From a virus: DNA of 64,000 bases. This document shows positions 19,563-28,863 of this stretch, in pieces. The position numbers were made by a program, and so were the translations under genes. The number at the start of each line of letters is the position of its first letter. Position 1 is the stretch's first letter. The stretch is from IMG/VR virus record IMGVR_UViG_3300008516_000159; one strand, written 5' to 3'. The notes under the pieces were generated by a model, which was not told where the DNA came from, made no database searches, and was given only the letters and a program-made list of their open reading frames with translations.

Positions 19563-20171
19563 ATGCCCCTGTACTTTAATAATAAAGAAGTACAGGAGTC
19601 GATCCGCCAATATAAGTCTGAAGAAGACGCAGCAGTCAGGAAAGCACTCAGAGATGACATACTGCGGCATGTGCAAGATATAGTCAACGGTATTATATTT
19701 ACCCACAAGTTTGTGGCGTTTGAGCCGTATGATGATTTGCTACAAGAGGCCATGCTTGCTTGTATCATCGCTCTGGAAAGGTTTGACCCAGATAAAGGAA
19801 CAGCGTTTAACTACTTCAGTCTTGTCGCCAAAAAGTCTTTGACTTACTATACCCTTAAGAACCGTAAGAACAGAAACAATCACTCTATCGATGATTTGAG
19901 CTACTTCTTGCATACGCCGCGGGAGTTAGAGGACTTCGATATAGAAATTCTGGTTAATCAGTTGCGAACTTATTTCGAAGAGAATAAGTTTAAGAAACTG
20001 CAGTCGCTTAACAATATACTTGAAAACTATTTGATGAAAAAGCGTAGGTATAACAAGCGAGATTTTTTCAAATTCGCGAAGGGCTATGGATTTTCTCAGA
20101 ATTTGATACGCAAGTATCTCAAGATTATTCATGCTAACAGAGAGGAGGTGTACGGGATCTATGGCCGATGA
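19563..20171 (+). CDS. Sigma-factor-like protein (probable late-transcription sigma)
   Basis: DDLLQEAMLACIIALERFDPDKGTAFNYFSLVAKK matches sigma70 region 2; at head of packaging/head operon. Confidence 0.75.
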   Translation: MPLYFNNKEVQESIRQYKSEEDAAVRKALRDDILRHVQDIVNGIIFTHKFVAFEPYDDLLQEAMLACIIALERFDPDKGTAFNYFSLVAKKSLTYYTLKNRKNRNNHSIDDLSYFLHTPRELEDFDIEILVNQLRTYFEENKFKKLQSLNNILENYLMKKRRYNKRDFFKFAKGYGFSQNLIRKYLKIIHANREEVYGIYGR

Positions 20172-20589
20172 AGAAAGCAAAGAGCTGACACCAGAAGAAG
20201 AGTTCGATAAAATAGAAGAGGAAATAGAGGCCGCCACAAAAAGGGGCCTGCGTGGTGAACGAATTGAACTCAACGTAAGTGCTATTGCTAACGTTATAGA
20301 TTTTATCAATCGCGATCGTGAAAAAGCCGACGAGCTTATTAACTACTTTCGCAACAAGATAGAAGTTGATAATGACCGCTTGAGCGCCACAAGAGAAGCG
20401 ATGACCAAAAGCCTTGAGGTTAGAAACAAGGCGATAGATCAACTCCTCAAGTTTTTGGAAATCCAAGCGAAGATGGCTATTGCTCAAGCCGAAAAGAAAT
20501 CAGCAGATGTTACTGTCAATGTTTTTGATGGTGAAGTTAGAATAGATAAACGCACTTTGATAGAAAAGATAGAAAAAGGTGAAGTTTAA
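20161..20589 (+). CDS. Hypothetical helical protein, possible terminase small subunit
   Basis: Position between sigma-like gene and terminase; coiled-coil character. Confidence 0.4.
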   Translation: MADEESKELTPEEEFDKIEEEIEAATKRGLRGERIELNVSAIANVIDFINRDREKADELINYFRNKIEVDNDRLSATREAMTKSLEVRNKAIDQLLKFLEIQAKMAIAQAEKKSADVTVNVFDGEVRIDKRTLIEKIEKGEV

Positions 20590-21404
20590 TGTATACATTA
20601 CAAGAATTATTAGATGACGCTCTCTTTGGCAAGAAGAAAAGGGCCAGCAAAAGCCTACCAAAAGAAACGGAAGATGCAAACATTCCCACCCTTCAAGATT
20701 TTGGGAGCATGGCACTGGCAAAGCGCAAGATCAAAAAAAAGAAAAACGAGGCTGAAAAACCTCAGCTGGACGAGGCCAGAAGCGGTCTCGCTTGGAAGCA
20801 TTTCTGGTGGGTGAAAAAGGGCGATGATGTAGGTCATGCTACTTTCTCAGTTAAGGCTGAGCCGGTCGCCAGGCCTGGTAGTGGAACAAGCGGTGACGTG
20901 CCGGCAACTGCTCGCGTGAAGCGATATGTTCCTTTGTATCAGAAACCGTTAATTATACAATGGCTCGCAACACCAAAGGATCTTGCCAAGGTGGAAGCCA
21001 AGGATATGTGGGATTATGTCAAAACAAAAAAGTTGCCCACAAGCATACCATTGAGCGTAAGCGCCACCAATCTTATCATGAGAGAGGTTGAGAGTTTTCT
21101 AAGGAGAACCGTTGGCAACATAGACTTGGCTGACCTTTCGCCTAAAGAAATCAAGGAATTGGAAAATCTCGAGGATCAAACCGCTGCGGCAATGAAGCAA
21201 CTCCCGATTGATCTGGATAACAAGAAGCTTACATCCGGGCAGACAGAAAAACTCAAACAGTTGATGGCCAAGGGAACAGGTGGAAAGTATGCTGCAGCAA
21301 ACGTTCCTCCGGTCTTGAAATCTGAGGATATACCCGCTGTTAAGTCTATGGCGAGGAGAGCGTTAGGCGGTGTCAGCAAAACTACCGAAACTAAAAAACA
21401 GTGA
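20589..21404 (+). CDS. Hypothetical internal head protein candidate
   Basis: MYTLQELLDD; LDE|AR; basic. Confidence 0.6.
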   Translation: MYTLQELLDDALFGKKKRASKSLPKETEDANIPTLQDFGSMALAKRKIKKKKNEAEKPQLDEARSGLAWKHFWWVKKGDDVGHATFSVKAEPVARPGSGTSGDVPATARVKRYVPLYQKPLIIQWLATPKDLAKVEAKDMWDYVKTKKLPTSIPLSVSATNLIMREVESFLRRTVGNIDLADLSPKEIKELENLEDQTAAAMKQLPIDLDNKKLTSGQTEKLKQLMAKGTGGKYAAANVPPVLKSEDIPAVKSMARRALGGVSKTTETKKQ

Positions 21405-21537
21405 GTGGGACGCGCTGATAGATATCCTTAATGATGATGAAATAGCCAACAGCATTAAAAAAGAATATGTCAAAAGAGAGTATGGTATAACGCCCGCTCA
21501 GCTGAAAAAAATAAAGCAAAAATTGATACTCAAATAA
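21370..21537 (+). CDS. 55-aa small protein (not in ORF track)
   Basis: GTG start after GAGGAG; MSAKLPKLKNSEWDALIDILNDDEIANSIKKEYVKREYGITPAQLKKIKQKLILK. Confidence 0.45.
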   Translation: MSAKLPKLKNSEWDALIDILNDDEIANSIKKEYVKREYGITPAQLKKIKQKLILK

Positions 21538-21543
21538 AGGAGC

Positions 21544-21579
21544 GCCTTCTGCTAAGATAAGAAGAGCAGGAGGTTTTTT
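21544..21579 (+). terminator. Terminator hairpin whose 3' arm contains the AGGAGG RBS of the next gene
   Basis: GCCTTCTGCT / AGCAGGAGGT stem plus T6, directly followed by ATG 21580. Confidence 0.6.
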
Positions 21580-21849
21580 ATGGAATTTCCTCTAGACATA
21601 GGAAAGTTATATTTTTATGTTTTTAACCTCTATGGTTCACCCGTAGGCAAAGGCGGCAAGCCATTGCTAATATGGCCTCATGCTATACAAACAAGAACGG
21701 CTCGTGCTGCATCAGTTTATTTTCCAGATAAAAAAACATGGTGGCGTGCTGCCACAGTAAGGTCTCAGCAAATAGTGGATGAGATTGCTCCTACACCGAA
21801 ACTTAAAAAGCGTTCTATAATAGATCTTATTGAAAAAGGATTCAAGTGA
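21580..21849 (+). CDS. Small hypothetical protein, C-terminal helix family
   Basis: LDIGKLYFY; ends KKRSIIDLIEKGFK. Confidence 0.6.
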   Translation: MEFPLDIGKLYFYVFNLYGSPVGKGGKPLLIWPHAIQTRTARAASVYFPDKKTWWRAATVRSQQIVDEIAPTPKLKKRSIIDLIEKGFK

Positions 21850-22124
21850 AAATGAAAAGGGCCTGGTACTATAATAGGATGGAGTACAAAGGTTTTTGGT
21901 ATCCAATGTTGTACGATGTTGATATCACCGGCTACCAATATAATTATCCTAATGTAACTATAAAAAGAAGATACACAGAAGCACCTGGCCACGCATTCAA
22001 AGTCGGCGAGAGTTTTCAGCCATCGAGAGAAATTTTATACGATAGTGTAGCTGAAGTAAAGAAAGTCATAGTAAGAGATCTTTTCAATTTAGACGCTCCT
22101 GTAAAAATAATTTGGATCAAATAA
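21846..22124 (+). CDS. Small hypothetical protein (paralog of next)
   Basis: KRAWY...LYDVD...IKRRY...VKKVIVRDLF. Confidence 0.65.
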   Translation: MKMKRAWYYNRMEYKGFWYPMLYDVDITGYQYNYPNVTIKRRYTEAPGHAFKVGESFQPSREILYDSVAEVKKVIVRDLFNLDAPVKIIWIK

Positions 22125-22417
22125 TGAAAGCTTGGTATTCTAATAAAGTTTTAATAGGTAATGTCTGGCATTTGTTGTTATATGATGTTGACGTTAAGAA
22201 AGGCCAATTTGGTCCGAAGACCGCGATATCCTTTCGTCAGAATACCACGATCAAAAGAAAGTATCTAGACGTACCGGCGAACACGTACTCCAAGAGTCAC
22301 AAGATCATATCGGGTGCAGCTCTTGTTTGGCATGACATAAGCAAACTTAAAAAACACATTATAAATGATTTAATCACCGCAGATGAGCCCGTCGCGCTGG
22401 CGTGGGTTAAAAGGTAA
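22124..22417 (+). CDS. Small hypothetical protein (paralog of previous)
   Basis: KAWY...LYDVD...IKRKY...LKKHIINDLI. Confidence 0.65.
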   Translation: MKAWYSNKVLIGNVWHLLLYDVDVKKGQFGPKTAISFRQNTTIKRKYLDVPANTYSKSHKIISGAALVWHDISKLKKHIINDLITADEPVALAWVKR

Positions 22418-22423
22418 TCGACA

Positions 22424-23710
22424 ATGAAACTAAATGATTTTTTGAATGGATTGGAAGAAGCAAAATCCGAGAAGATGCCAGTCAAAGATCTCGTCAAGCT
22501 TCTAAAAAAACTTAATTTTAAAATAAACCACGAGGATGAGCTGACCCCCAAAAAAAGTGTTGTAACCATCAATCCTTTGAAGGGTTTTTACGAGACAAGA
22601 AAAGACGCCGCGGAGGCGCTTATGAAAGCGACGTCTGTTCATGGCCCTACTATCGAGTGGGTTCATCAAGGTCGAAGGCCTGTTGTTTCTTTTGCCAAGT
22701 GGAAGGTTCAGATATCAAAAATAGAGGGAGCGAAACAGGTCAAGGCGGCAGATTATGAAGAGGCAATCGCCGCGGCGTGGAACGACGAACATGGTTATGA
22801 ACACAGTATAAAAGTCAAAAAGGAAACAGAAGAAGTAGGCAAAAAAATAGCTCAAAAAATAAAGAAAGACACAGAAGGAAAAGCCCGGCCCACAGGCGAA
22901 GTGCGTGTTAAAGCTGTGAGTGAGTTCTGGAAAAAACACACCACTAGAGCCAACACTACACCTAAGACAGATATACTTTGGGAAGGCCCAAGAGTTTCCC
23001 TTAAAATGGGCAAAAGTACACAGCTGTGCTCGGCGAAAATAGTCGGCGGTGAGGGCGAAGCTATTTTATGGTATGCTTTACAAGCGTCCGGCGCCGAGGA
23101 TAAGTTAGTAAAAGATGTATCTGAGATATTCGATGCCAAGAAGCTGACGGCCAAGCCTCCGAAAACATCGAAAGAATTAGAGCAATACAAGCTGAATCAC
23201 AAAGCTATAGAATCCGCTTTTAGGAATGTGATAAACACTCATCCGAAATTTCGCAACGCGTTCGTCAGGGAAGCGCTCACGGGCGAAGGCAAGTTTCAAG
23301 GAGTGGCTTTAGAGCCAATAGCTAACGTTGTTTTGGCGGCTTCATTCGACGGAGATAGAGTTGCGTGGCATCCAATCACAGATGAATACATCGCAAAAAT
23401 AGCGCCTCAGGTGGAGATAGGTGTAAGCTTCAAATCGTTCGGTGCTAGTAAATATTCTTCTTTGAGAGGGCACCAAAGGGGACTGTTGGATGATATTCAA
23501 TATGAAAAGCAAATAACCGAACGCGAAATGATAGATTTTTGCGAGGAGCATGGTATAGATATTTCCATGAATGAGGACATAAAAGACGCGTTCGCCCGAA
23601 TGTTTAATATGCTCAAGGCTACTGCGCAGAAAGGCATTGATTTGTTATTCAAGTTGATAAGTATAGATATAGATGTTAAGTTTACTCATACGGGGATAGA
23701 TTTCTTTTAA
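22424..23710 (+). CDS. Hypothetical protein with capsid-targeting-like N-terminus and restriction-endonuclease-like motif
   Basis: MKLNDFLNGLEE|AK; ADYE...TPKTDI...RVSLK resembles PD-(D/E)xK core. Confidence 0.55.
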   Translation: MKLNDFLNGLEEAKSEKMPVKDLVKLLKKLNFKINHEDELTPKKSVVTINPLKGFYETRKDAAEALMKATSVHGPTIEWVHQGRRPVVSFAKWKVQISKIEGAKQVKAADYEEAIAAAWNDEHGYEHSIKVKKETEEVGKKIAQKIKKDTEGKARPTGEVRVKAVSEFWKKHTTRANTTPKTDILWEGPRVSLKMGKSTQLCSAKIVGGEGEAILWYALQASGAEDKLVKDVSEIFDAKKLTAKPPKTSKELEQYKLNHKAIESAFRNVINTHPKFRNAFVREALTGEGKFQGVALEPIANVVLAASFDGDRVAWHPITDEYIAKIAPQVEIGVSFKSFGASKYSSLRGHQRGLLDDIQYEKQITEREMIDFCEEHGIDISMNEDIKDAFARMFNMLKATAQKGIDLLFKLISIDIDVKFTHTGIDFF

Positions 23711-25344
23711 TGGACATTCAAGTTAAATTAAATGATGGCAGAACCATGGTTGTGGACGCTCTTGAGGAATTCAAGCGCTGCAAAAATGACCCCATGTATT
23801 TCATAGACAATTATTGCTATATCATAGATCCTATCAAGGGCGAGCTTCCGTTCAAGCTGTTTGATTATCAAAAGAGAACCGTCAGGGATTTTCAGAACTA
23901 TCAGTTCAATATAGTCAAGAAACCTAGGCAAATGGGTCTTTCCTGGATAACAGCCTGTTATGGTTTATGGCTCATAAATTTTCATAACGACAAGACCGTT
24001 CTTATCATCTCTATTAGAGATCATGAAGCCATGGAATTCAAAGACAAGGCTCGTTATACGTATGACAGGATGCCGGATTTCTTGAGAGTAGAATCGGACG
24101 ATCGCACAAAACACGGTCTTAATTTAGACAACGGTTCATCGTTTCTGTCGGTTCCTCAAACAAGGACCGCAGGTCGTTCAAAAGCGCTATCTCTCTTGAT
24201 ATTAGACGAAGTAGCGTTTCAAGAATACGCAGAGGACATATGGGCCTCAGCGTGGCCTACTTTGTCCACAGGCGGTAATGCCATATTAATATCTACCACC
24301 AATGGCATGGGTAACCTGTATCACAGAGTATTTGAAGAAGCCGTCGAAGACGCTAATGATTTTAATCCTATATCTATTAAATGGAGCGAATTTCCTGGCC
24401 GCGACGATGTCTGGTTGCTCAAGCAAAAGCGCCAACTAGGCGATAGAAGATTTAGATCTGAAATTTTGTGTGAGTTTCTTGGCTCTGGCAATACTGTTAT
24501 ATCTGGAGATGCCTTGACCAAACTCAAAGATAACCAATTGGATCCACTCTATAAGTATAAGATGCCAATGGATAGCGCTATAATAAAAATCTTATTTGAA
24601 GAAATGCCAGGTCAGATACCTGGCTTGTGGGCGTGGGAAGCCCCTAGGGTAGGGGAGCAATATATACTGGTGGCCGATGTAGCGACTGGTAACGAAAAGG
24701 ATGCGTCCGCGTTTCAGGTGGTAAAAATATCAGATAACTCGCAGGTGTGTGAATATAAAAACAAAGCTGTTGCGAGCCATGATTACGCTAAGATAATTAA
24801 GGTGATAGCAAGTTACTATAATGAAGCCTATGTTGTTATAGAATCGAACAGCTGGGGCCTGGCGACATTCGAAAAAGTTTACAGGGACGAAAATGACCCT
24901 TACAATAATATATATCTCACAAAACACGGTAAGGCTAGTTGGGAAACCACAGGTAAAACAAGACCGCAAATAATTGATAGTTTAATCAACAGCATAGAAG
25001 GAGAACAATATAAGATAGTATCACCTAGGTTAATAGCTGAGCTAGAGACTTTCGTGTGGCACGGAAACAAACCAGAGGCCATCAAAGACTACAATGATGA
25101 TTTGGTTATTTCGTTTGCCATACTTACTTTTATAAGACCGATGTTAAGTTCATTTGTGCCAATGGGTTTAACAAGCAGTAAAGATGTTAAGGCTTTCAGA
25201 TATGATGACGAAGCGTTAATACAAATAGCGAAAGAAGACGCATATAGGCCTCCGACAGTGTTCTCGGAAGATGACGATGATGATATGTACGATGAAAGTG
25301 GAAACATGACACAAAAAGCCATCTATAAATGGCTCAGCAGGTAG
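23710..25344 (+). CDS. Terminase large subunit (T4 gp17-like)
   Basis: KPRQMGLS (Walker A), LLILDEVAF (Walker B), ISTTNG, ADVATG...DASA, DDLVIS; no intein seen. Confidence 0.95.
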   Translation: MDIQVKLNDGRTMVVDALEEFKRCKNDPMYFIDNYCYIIDPIKGELPFKLFDYQKRTVRDFQNYQFNIVKKPRQMGLSWITACYGLWLINFHNDKTVLIISIRDHEAMEFKDKARYTYDRMPDFLRVESDDRTKHGLNLDNGSSFLSVPQTRTAGRSKALSLLILDEVAFQEYAEDIWASAWPTLSTGGNAILISTTNGMGNLYHRVFEEAVEDANDFNPISIKWSEFPGRDDVWLLKQKRQLGDRRFRSEILCEFLGSGNTVISGDALTKLKDNQLDPLYKYKMPMDSAIIKILFEEMPGQIPGLWAWEAPRVGEQYILVADVATGNEKDASAFQVVKISDNSQVCEYKNKAVASHDYAKIIKVIASYYNEAYVVIESNSWGLATFEKVYRDENDPYNNIYLTKHGKASWETTGKTRPQIIDSLINSIEGEQYKIVSPRLIAELETFVWHGNKPEAIKDYNDDLVISFAILTFIRPMLSSFVPMGLTSSKDVKAFRYDDEALIQIAKEDAYRPPTVFSEDDDDDMYDESGNMTQKAIYKWLSR

Positions 25345-25389
25345 TCTGCAACAAAGATAATTGGGAATAATTCCCATAGGAGCAATCAA

Positions 25390-25776
25390 ATGGAAGGTAA
25401 GGATATCTTCACAGAATCGTTATCACTTTTCAACGATATGGAAAACATGACGAAAAAAAAGCCGGGAGAAATTGAATTACAGTCAATCAACGAAGCAGAG
25501 AAAGAAGAGGGAATAACTCGCAAGATCAAATATGATATGCCGAGCGGTGCTCGAAGAATGAAGTTCACATATGCGGGTAACATTTTCTATGTGAATATGC
25601 CGACAATTCTCTCTAACAAAGATGAGATTTACAGCTTTGTAAGTTCTATTTTACAAAAAGTAAATCCGGCTATATATCCTGCCAGATTTGTCAATATGTA
25701 TGAAAAAACAAAAGAGGAACCAAAGCCAGACGAAAGTTTACCTGGAAAGGAAGAGAAACCAAAAGAGGAAGAGTAA
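25390..25776 (+). CDS. Hypothetical protein
   Basis: INE|A motif; RBS. Confidence 0.6.
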   Translation: MEGKDIFTESLSLFNDMENMTKKKPGEIELQSINEAEKEEGITRKIKYDMPSGARRMKFTYAGNIFYVNMPTILSNKDEIYSFVSSILQKVNPAIYPARFVNMYEKTKEEPKPDESLPGKEEKPKEEE

Positions 25777-25777
25777 A

Positions 25778-26101
25778 ATGAATTTAAAAGAACTTTTAGA
25801 CGTTAATCTTCCATCTGACAAAATCTTGAGCAGGAAGCCCGGCTCTCCTAATGCTATAATAAATAAGAATCGAAATGGTCGAGGAAGCAACGTGAGGAAG
25901 CTTCGTGGCCGCAGCATCAACGCTGCTGAACCGCCAGAAGTAGGTTCTGAAATTATGGTGAGACAAGGAGACGGATCAGAAAAACAATATAAAATCATTA
26001 GAATAATCAACGACGATGAAATAGGCGCGCCCGTCAAGGCTCTAGTGGCCTTGCCGGGAGGCGGAGATAAAAGAGTAGTAAGATTGAATATAGCCAAGTA
26101 A
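25778..26101 (+). CDS. Hypothetical protein
   Basis: Start moved to MNLKELLDVN. Confidence 0.6.
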   Translation: MNLKELLDVNLPSDKILSRKPGSPNAIINKNRNGRGSNVRKLRGRSINAAEPPEVGSEIMVRQGDGSEKQYKIIRIINDDEIGAPVKALVALPGGGDKRVVRLNIAK

Positions 26102-26115
26102 TTGGAGGGCATACG

Positions 26116-26535
26116 ATGAAGTGGAAGGATTTCTACAAGGGTCTGATGAAAGAGATCAAAGACATCGATATTGAGTTCGACGCAATGAAGGAAAATGTTA
26201 CTGTCGGTAAGGCAGATTCATACCCAGATAAATCCAAGAGCCAGTACCCAGGCAAGTCGGTTAGTTCAACAACCGCTAATACTTCTGTGAACGACCCGGA
26301 GGTTACCAGCGTTGCCAAGTCTAAGTTTGTCAAGCCTGGCTACAAGGAAACTGAGGGTGAGCCAGAGAAAAATCCGCCAAAGCATAGTGCGAAAACGGTT
26401 GACCCTGATGAGGACACGGCCAAGACGACGTTCGCAAAAGGCGATCAAAAACTAAAAGCGAAGGCTCTGTTTCCTGGCATAACAGCCAGTGGTGGAAAGA
26501 CGATCGAAACCACAAAAACATCAGCCAAAAAGTAA
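26116..26535 (+). CDS. Basic internal head protein candidate
   Basis: MKWKDFYKGLMKE; K/T/S-rich. Confidence 0.6.
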   Translation: MKWKDFYKGLMKEIKDIDIEFDAMKENVTVGKADSYPDKSKSQYPGKSVSSTTANTSVNDPEVTSVAKSKFVKPGYKETEGEPEKNPPKHSAKTVDPDEDTAKTTFAKGDQKLKAKALFPGITASGGKTIETTKTSAKK

Positions 26536-26562
26536 TCATTACTTAGAATCTCGAGGACAAAT

Positions 26563-26934
26563 ATGAAAACATTGAAAGAAATTATAAAAGCAAAGGGCCT
26601 CGAAGAAAAGACTGTCCTAGAACAGATGCTAGAAGAGGCGGATGATCAGGAAAAAGAGTTCAAGAAGCGACTTAAAAAAGCCTGCCAAGCGGCAGACGTA
26701 GATTATAAATCAATATCAATTGAAGAGAAAAACGATACAATTGTTATTGGTATCCCACTAAAACAGCTTTTTGGTCCACAAACTCGTGCTTTTTGCGCTG
26801 ATCGCTGGAACGTCTTTTTCAACAAGGCAGGGATAGAAGTAGATTTCTCGGATAATGTGGAGAAGGCCGTTTCTGGAATCAATATTATTGTGCCTTTGGT
26901 ATTTAGGCGCGATAATTTTAGTGAAATAGAGTAA
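26563..26934 (+). CDS. Internal head protein candidate
   Basis: MKTLKEIIKAKGLEE, close to T4 CTS pattern MKTYQEF..E. Confidence 0.6.
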   Translation: MKTLKEIIKAKGLEEKTVLEQMLEEADDQEKEFKKRLKKACQAADVDYKSISIEEKNDTIVIGIPLKQLFGPQTRAFCADRWNVFFNKAGIEVDFSDNVEKAVSGINIIVPLVFRRDNFSEIE

Positions 26935-26964
26935 ATATATCATTTCAAAAGGCAATAGTGTATA

Positions 26965-28842
26965 ATGGCCAGTAAGCGGAGTCGACAGTACCAAGAATTC
27001 TTCAATAGACTCAAAATTGCCGCAAAAGACCTTGATTCGAGCAGAGCCATAGAGCTACTCAAGGGCGACGGCGGCTTCGATCTCAACACGTGGCATTGGA
27101 TGACAAGCTACGTTACCGTCACCAACGACAGACGCGAGAGGTACCAAGATTTTGAGAATATGATACAGGTGCCAGAACTCAATCTGGGCTTGGTGAGTTA
27201 CGCCGATGACGGCACGCAGCTAAACGAAAACAATAAAGTTATAGAGATAACCTCTAACAACGAAGATATCGTCAAAACACTAGAGGAAACGTTCTTTGAC
27301 AATTTAGATATGAACGCGGATTTGTGGAGGATCTTTTTTGGCACATGTCAATATGGCGATAATTTTTATGAGCTCATAGTCGACGATAAGAAAAAGAACA
27401 TCATGGCTTTGAAGTATTTGCCGCCTATGAATGTTGAAAGAATCGAAGTCGACGGTAATCTAATGAAGTTTACTGTAGAGAAGCAGGTTACTCAACAAGG
27501 CCAAGAAAAAACAATCTATGCTCATCCGGGCAATCAACAGAAAATTCCATTAGAACCGTGGGAAGTTGTACACTTCAAAATCGAAGATAACAACTATGCC
27601 CCATATGGACGTTCGACATTCGAAGCCGGGCGAAGAACATATAAACAGTTATCCCTCATGGAAGATTCCATGTTGGTTTACCGGCTTGAGCGAGCCCCAG
27701 AAAAGAGAGTTTTTTATGTCGACATTGGTAACCTATCAACTCCAGAAGGCGAAAAATTCATTGAGCGAATTAAAGCCAAGTTTAGAAAGAAGAAATATAT
27801 AGACCCTGAAACGGGCAAAATTAATGAAAAAATGACACCTCTATCCATGTTAGAGGACTTTTGGATTCCAGTAAGAACCGGAGCACAAGGCACACAGGGG
27901 ACGAAGATAGACATCCTCCAAGGGGGAAGGCAGCTCAATGAGATAGATGATACAAAATATTTTAGAGATAAAATTTTAAAGACGATGCACATTCCACCGC
28001 AGTATCTTCAGGAGGGCGGTGGAATGGAGTCGCGCAACTCTCTGAGTCAGATGGATATTAAGTTCGCCAGAACGGTCGAGCGTATACAAAGATACATCAT
28101 CAAGGGCTTAGAGAAAATAGCCATTGTATCCTTGACGTTAAAAGGTTACACTGGTGACGATCTTAGAAATTTCGAGCTTGAGTTAACTCCTCCATCTAGT
28201 ATAGCAGAGTTGCTTGAGTTGGAAGTTATGACACAAAGGATTCAATTAGTTAGCTCTATGCTGACTCTTGAAAATTTTATGCCAAGAAAGTGGATTTACC
28301 GAAACATTATGAAGTTCTCCGACAAAGAGATCGCAGACATAGAAACAGGACTTCAACTCGAGTTGGCATCTCCTCTCAACAAAATGTCTCAAGGCGGCGA
28401 AGGTGGAGGATTTGGAGCCGCACCACCGCTCGGTGGTGTTGGAGAAGTGCCAGGAGCAGCAGGACCTGAGGCTGGCGGTATGGGTATGCCACTGCCGGGT
28501 GCAGAAGCTGGTGGCGAAGTGCTTCCACCTGAAGCCGGTGCAGAAGCCGGTGTAGAAGCTGGTGTTCCACCACCGGAAGCAGAGATGCCGGCTCCGGAAG
28601 CTCCGCTTGGTATGGAAGTTGCCGGTAAAATTATTGATATTGATAGAAAACAGTTCTTGTTTGAGAACCAAGCAGGCATCGCCAAACTGTTGGAATACGT
28701 TAAGCATCGATCAAATATGAACAAAGATAATGATAAGCAAACTATTTCTGAAGATAAAGATACGCCTACGCTATCAAATAGTTATCGCAAACAATTCATC
28801 AGAGGTGAATTCAGAGGACTCAATGAAAGCACAAAGAAATAA
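26965..28842 (+). CDS. Portal protein (T4 gp20-like)
   Basis: QYGDNFY, YGRS..E..RR.YKQL.LMEDSMLVYRLERAPEKRVFYVDIGNL, EDFWIPVR, KFARTVERIQ; Pro/Gly/Ala-rich C-terminal region. Confidence 0.95.
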   Translation: MASKRSRQYQEFFNRLKIAAKDLDSSRAIELLKGDGGFDLNTWHWMTSYVTVTNDRRERYQDFENMIQVPELNLGLVSYADDGTQLNENNKVIEITSNNEDIVKTLEETFFDNLDMNADLWRIFFGTCQYGDNFYELIVDDKKKNIMALKYLPPMNVERIEVDGNLMKFTVEKQVTQQGQEKTIYAHPGNQQKIPLEPWEVVHFKIEDNNYAPYGRSTFEAGRRTYKQLSLMEDSMLVYRLERAPEKRVFYVDIGNLSTPEGEKFIERIKAKFRKKKYIDPETGKINEKMTPLSMLEDFWIPVRTGAQGTQGTKIDILQGGRQLNEIDDTKYFRDKILKTMHIPPQYLQEGGGMESRNSLSQMDIKFARTVERIQRYIIKGLEKIAIVSLTLKGYTGDDLRNFELELTPPSSIAELLELEVMTQRIQLVSSMLTLENFMPRKWIYRNIMKFSDKEIADIETGLQLELASPLNKMSQGGEGGGFGAAPPLGGVGEVPGAAGPEAGGMGMPLPGAEAGGEVLPPEAGAEAGVEAGVPPPEAEMPAPEAPLGMEVAGKIIDIDRKQFLFENQAGIAKLLEYVKHRSNMNKDNDKQTISEDKDTPTLSNSYRKQFIRGEFRGLNESTKK

Positions 28843-28863
28843 GTTTGTAGGAGGAATGAGTCT

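Noticed and set aside
16748-25344. Inteins or introns in RNR and terminase
   Set aside because: Normal lengths, contiguous motifs, no intein or LAGLIDADG signatures seen
28389-28724. Pro/Gly/Ala-rich antisense ORF in the portal gene
   Set aside because: Mirror of the portal's low-complexity region
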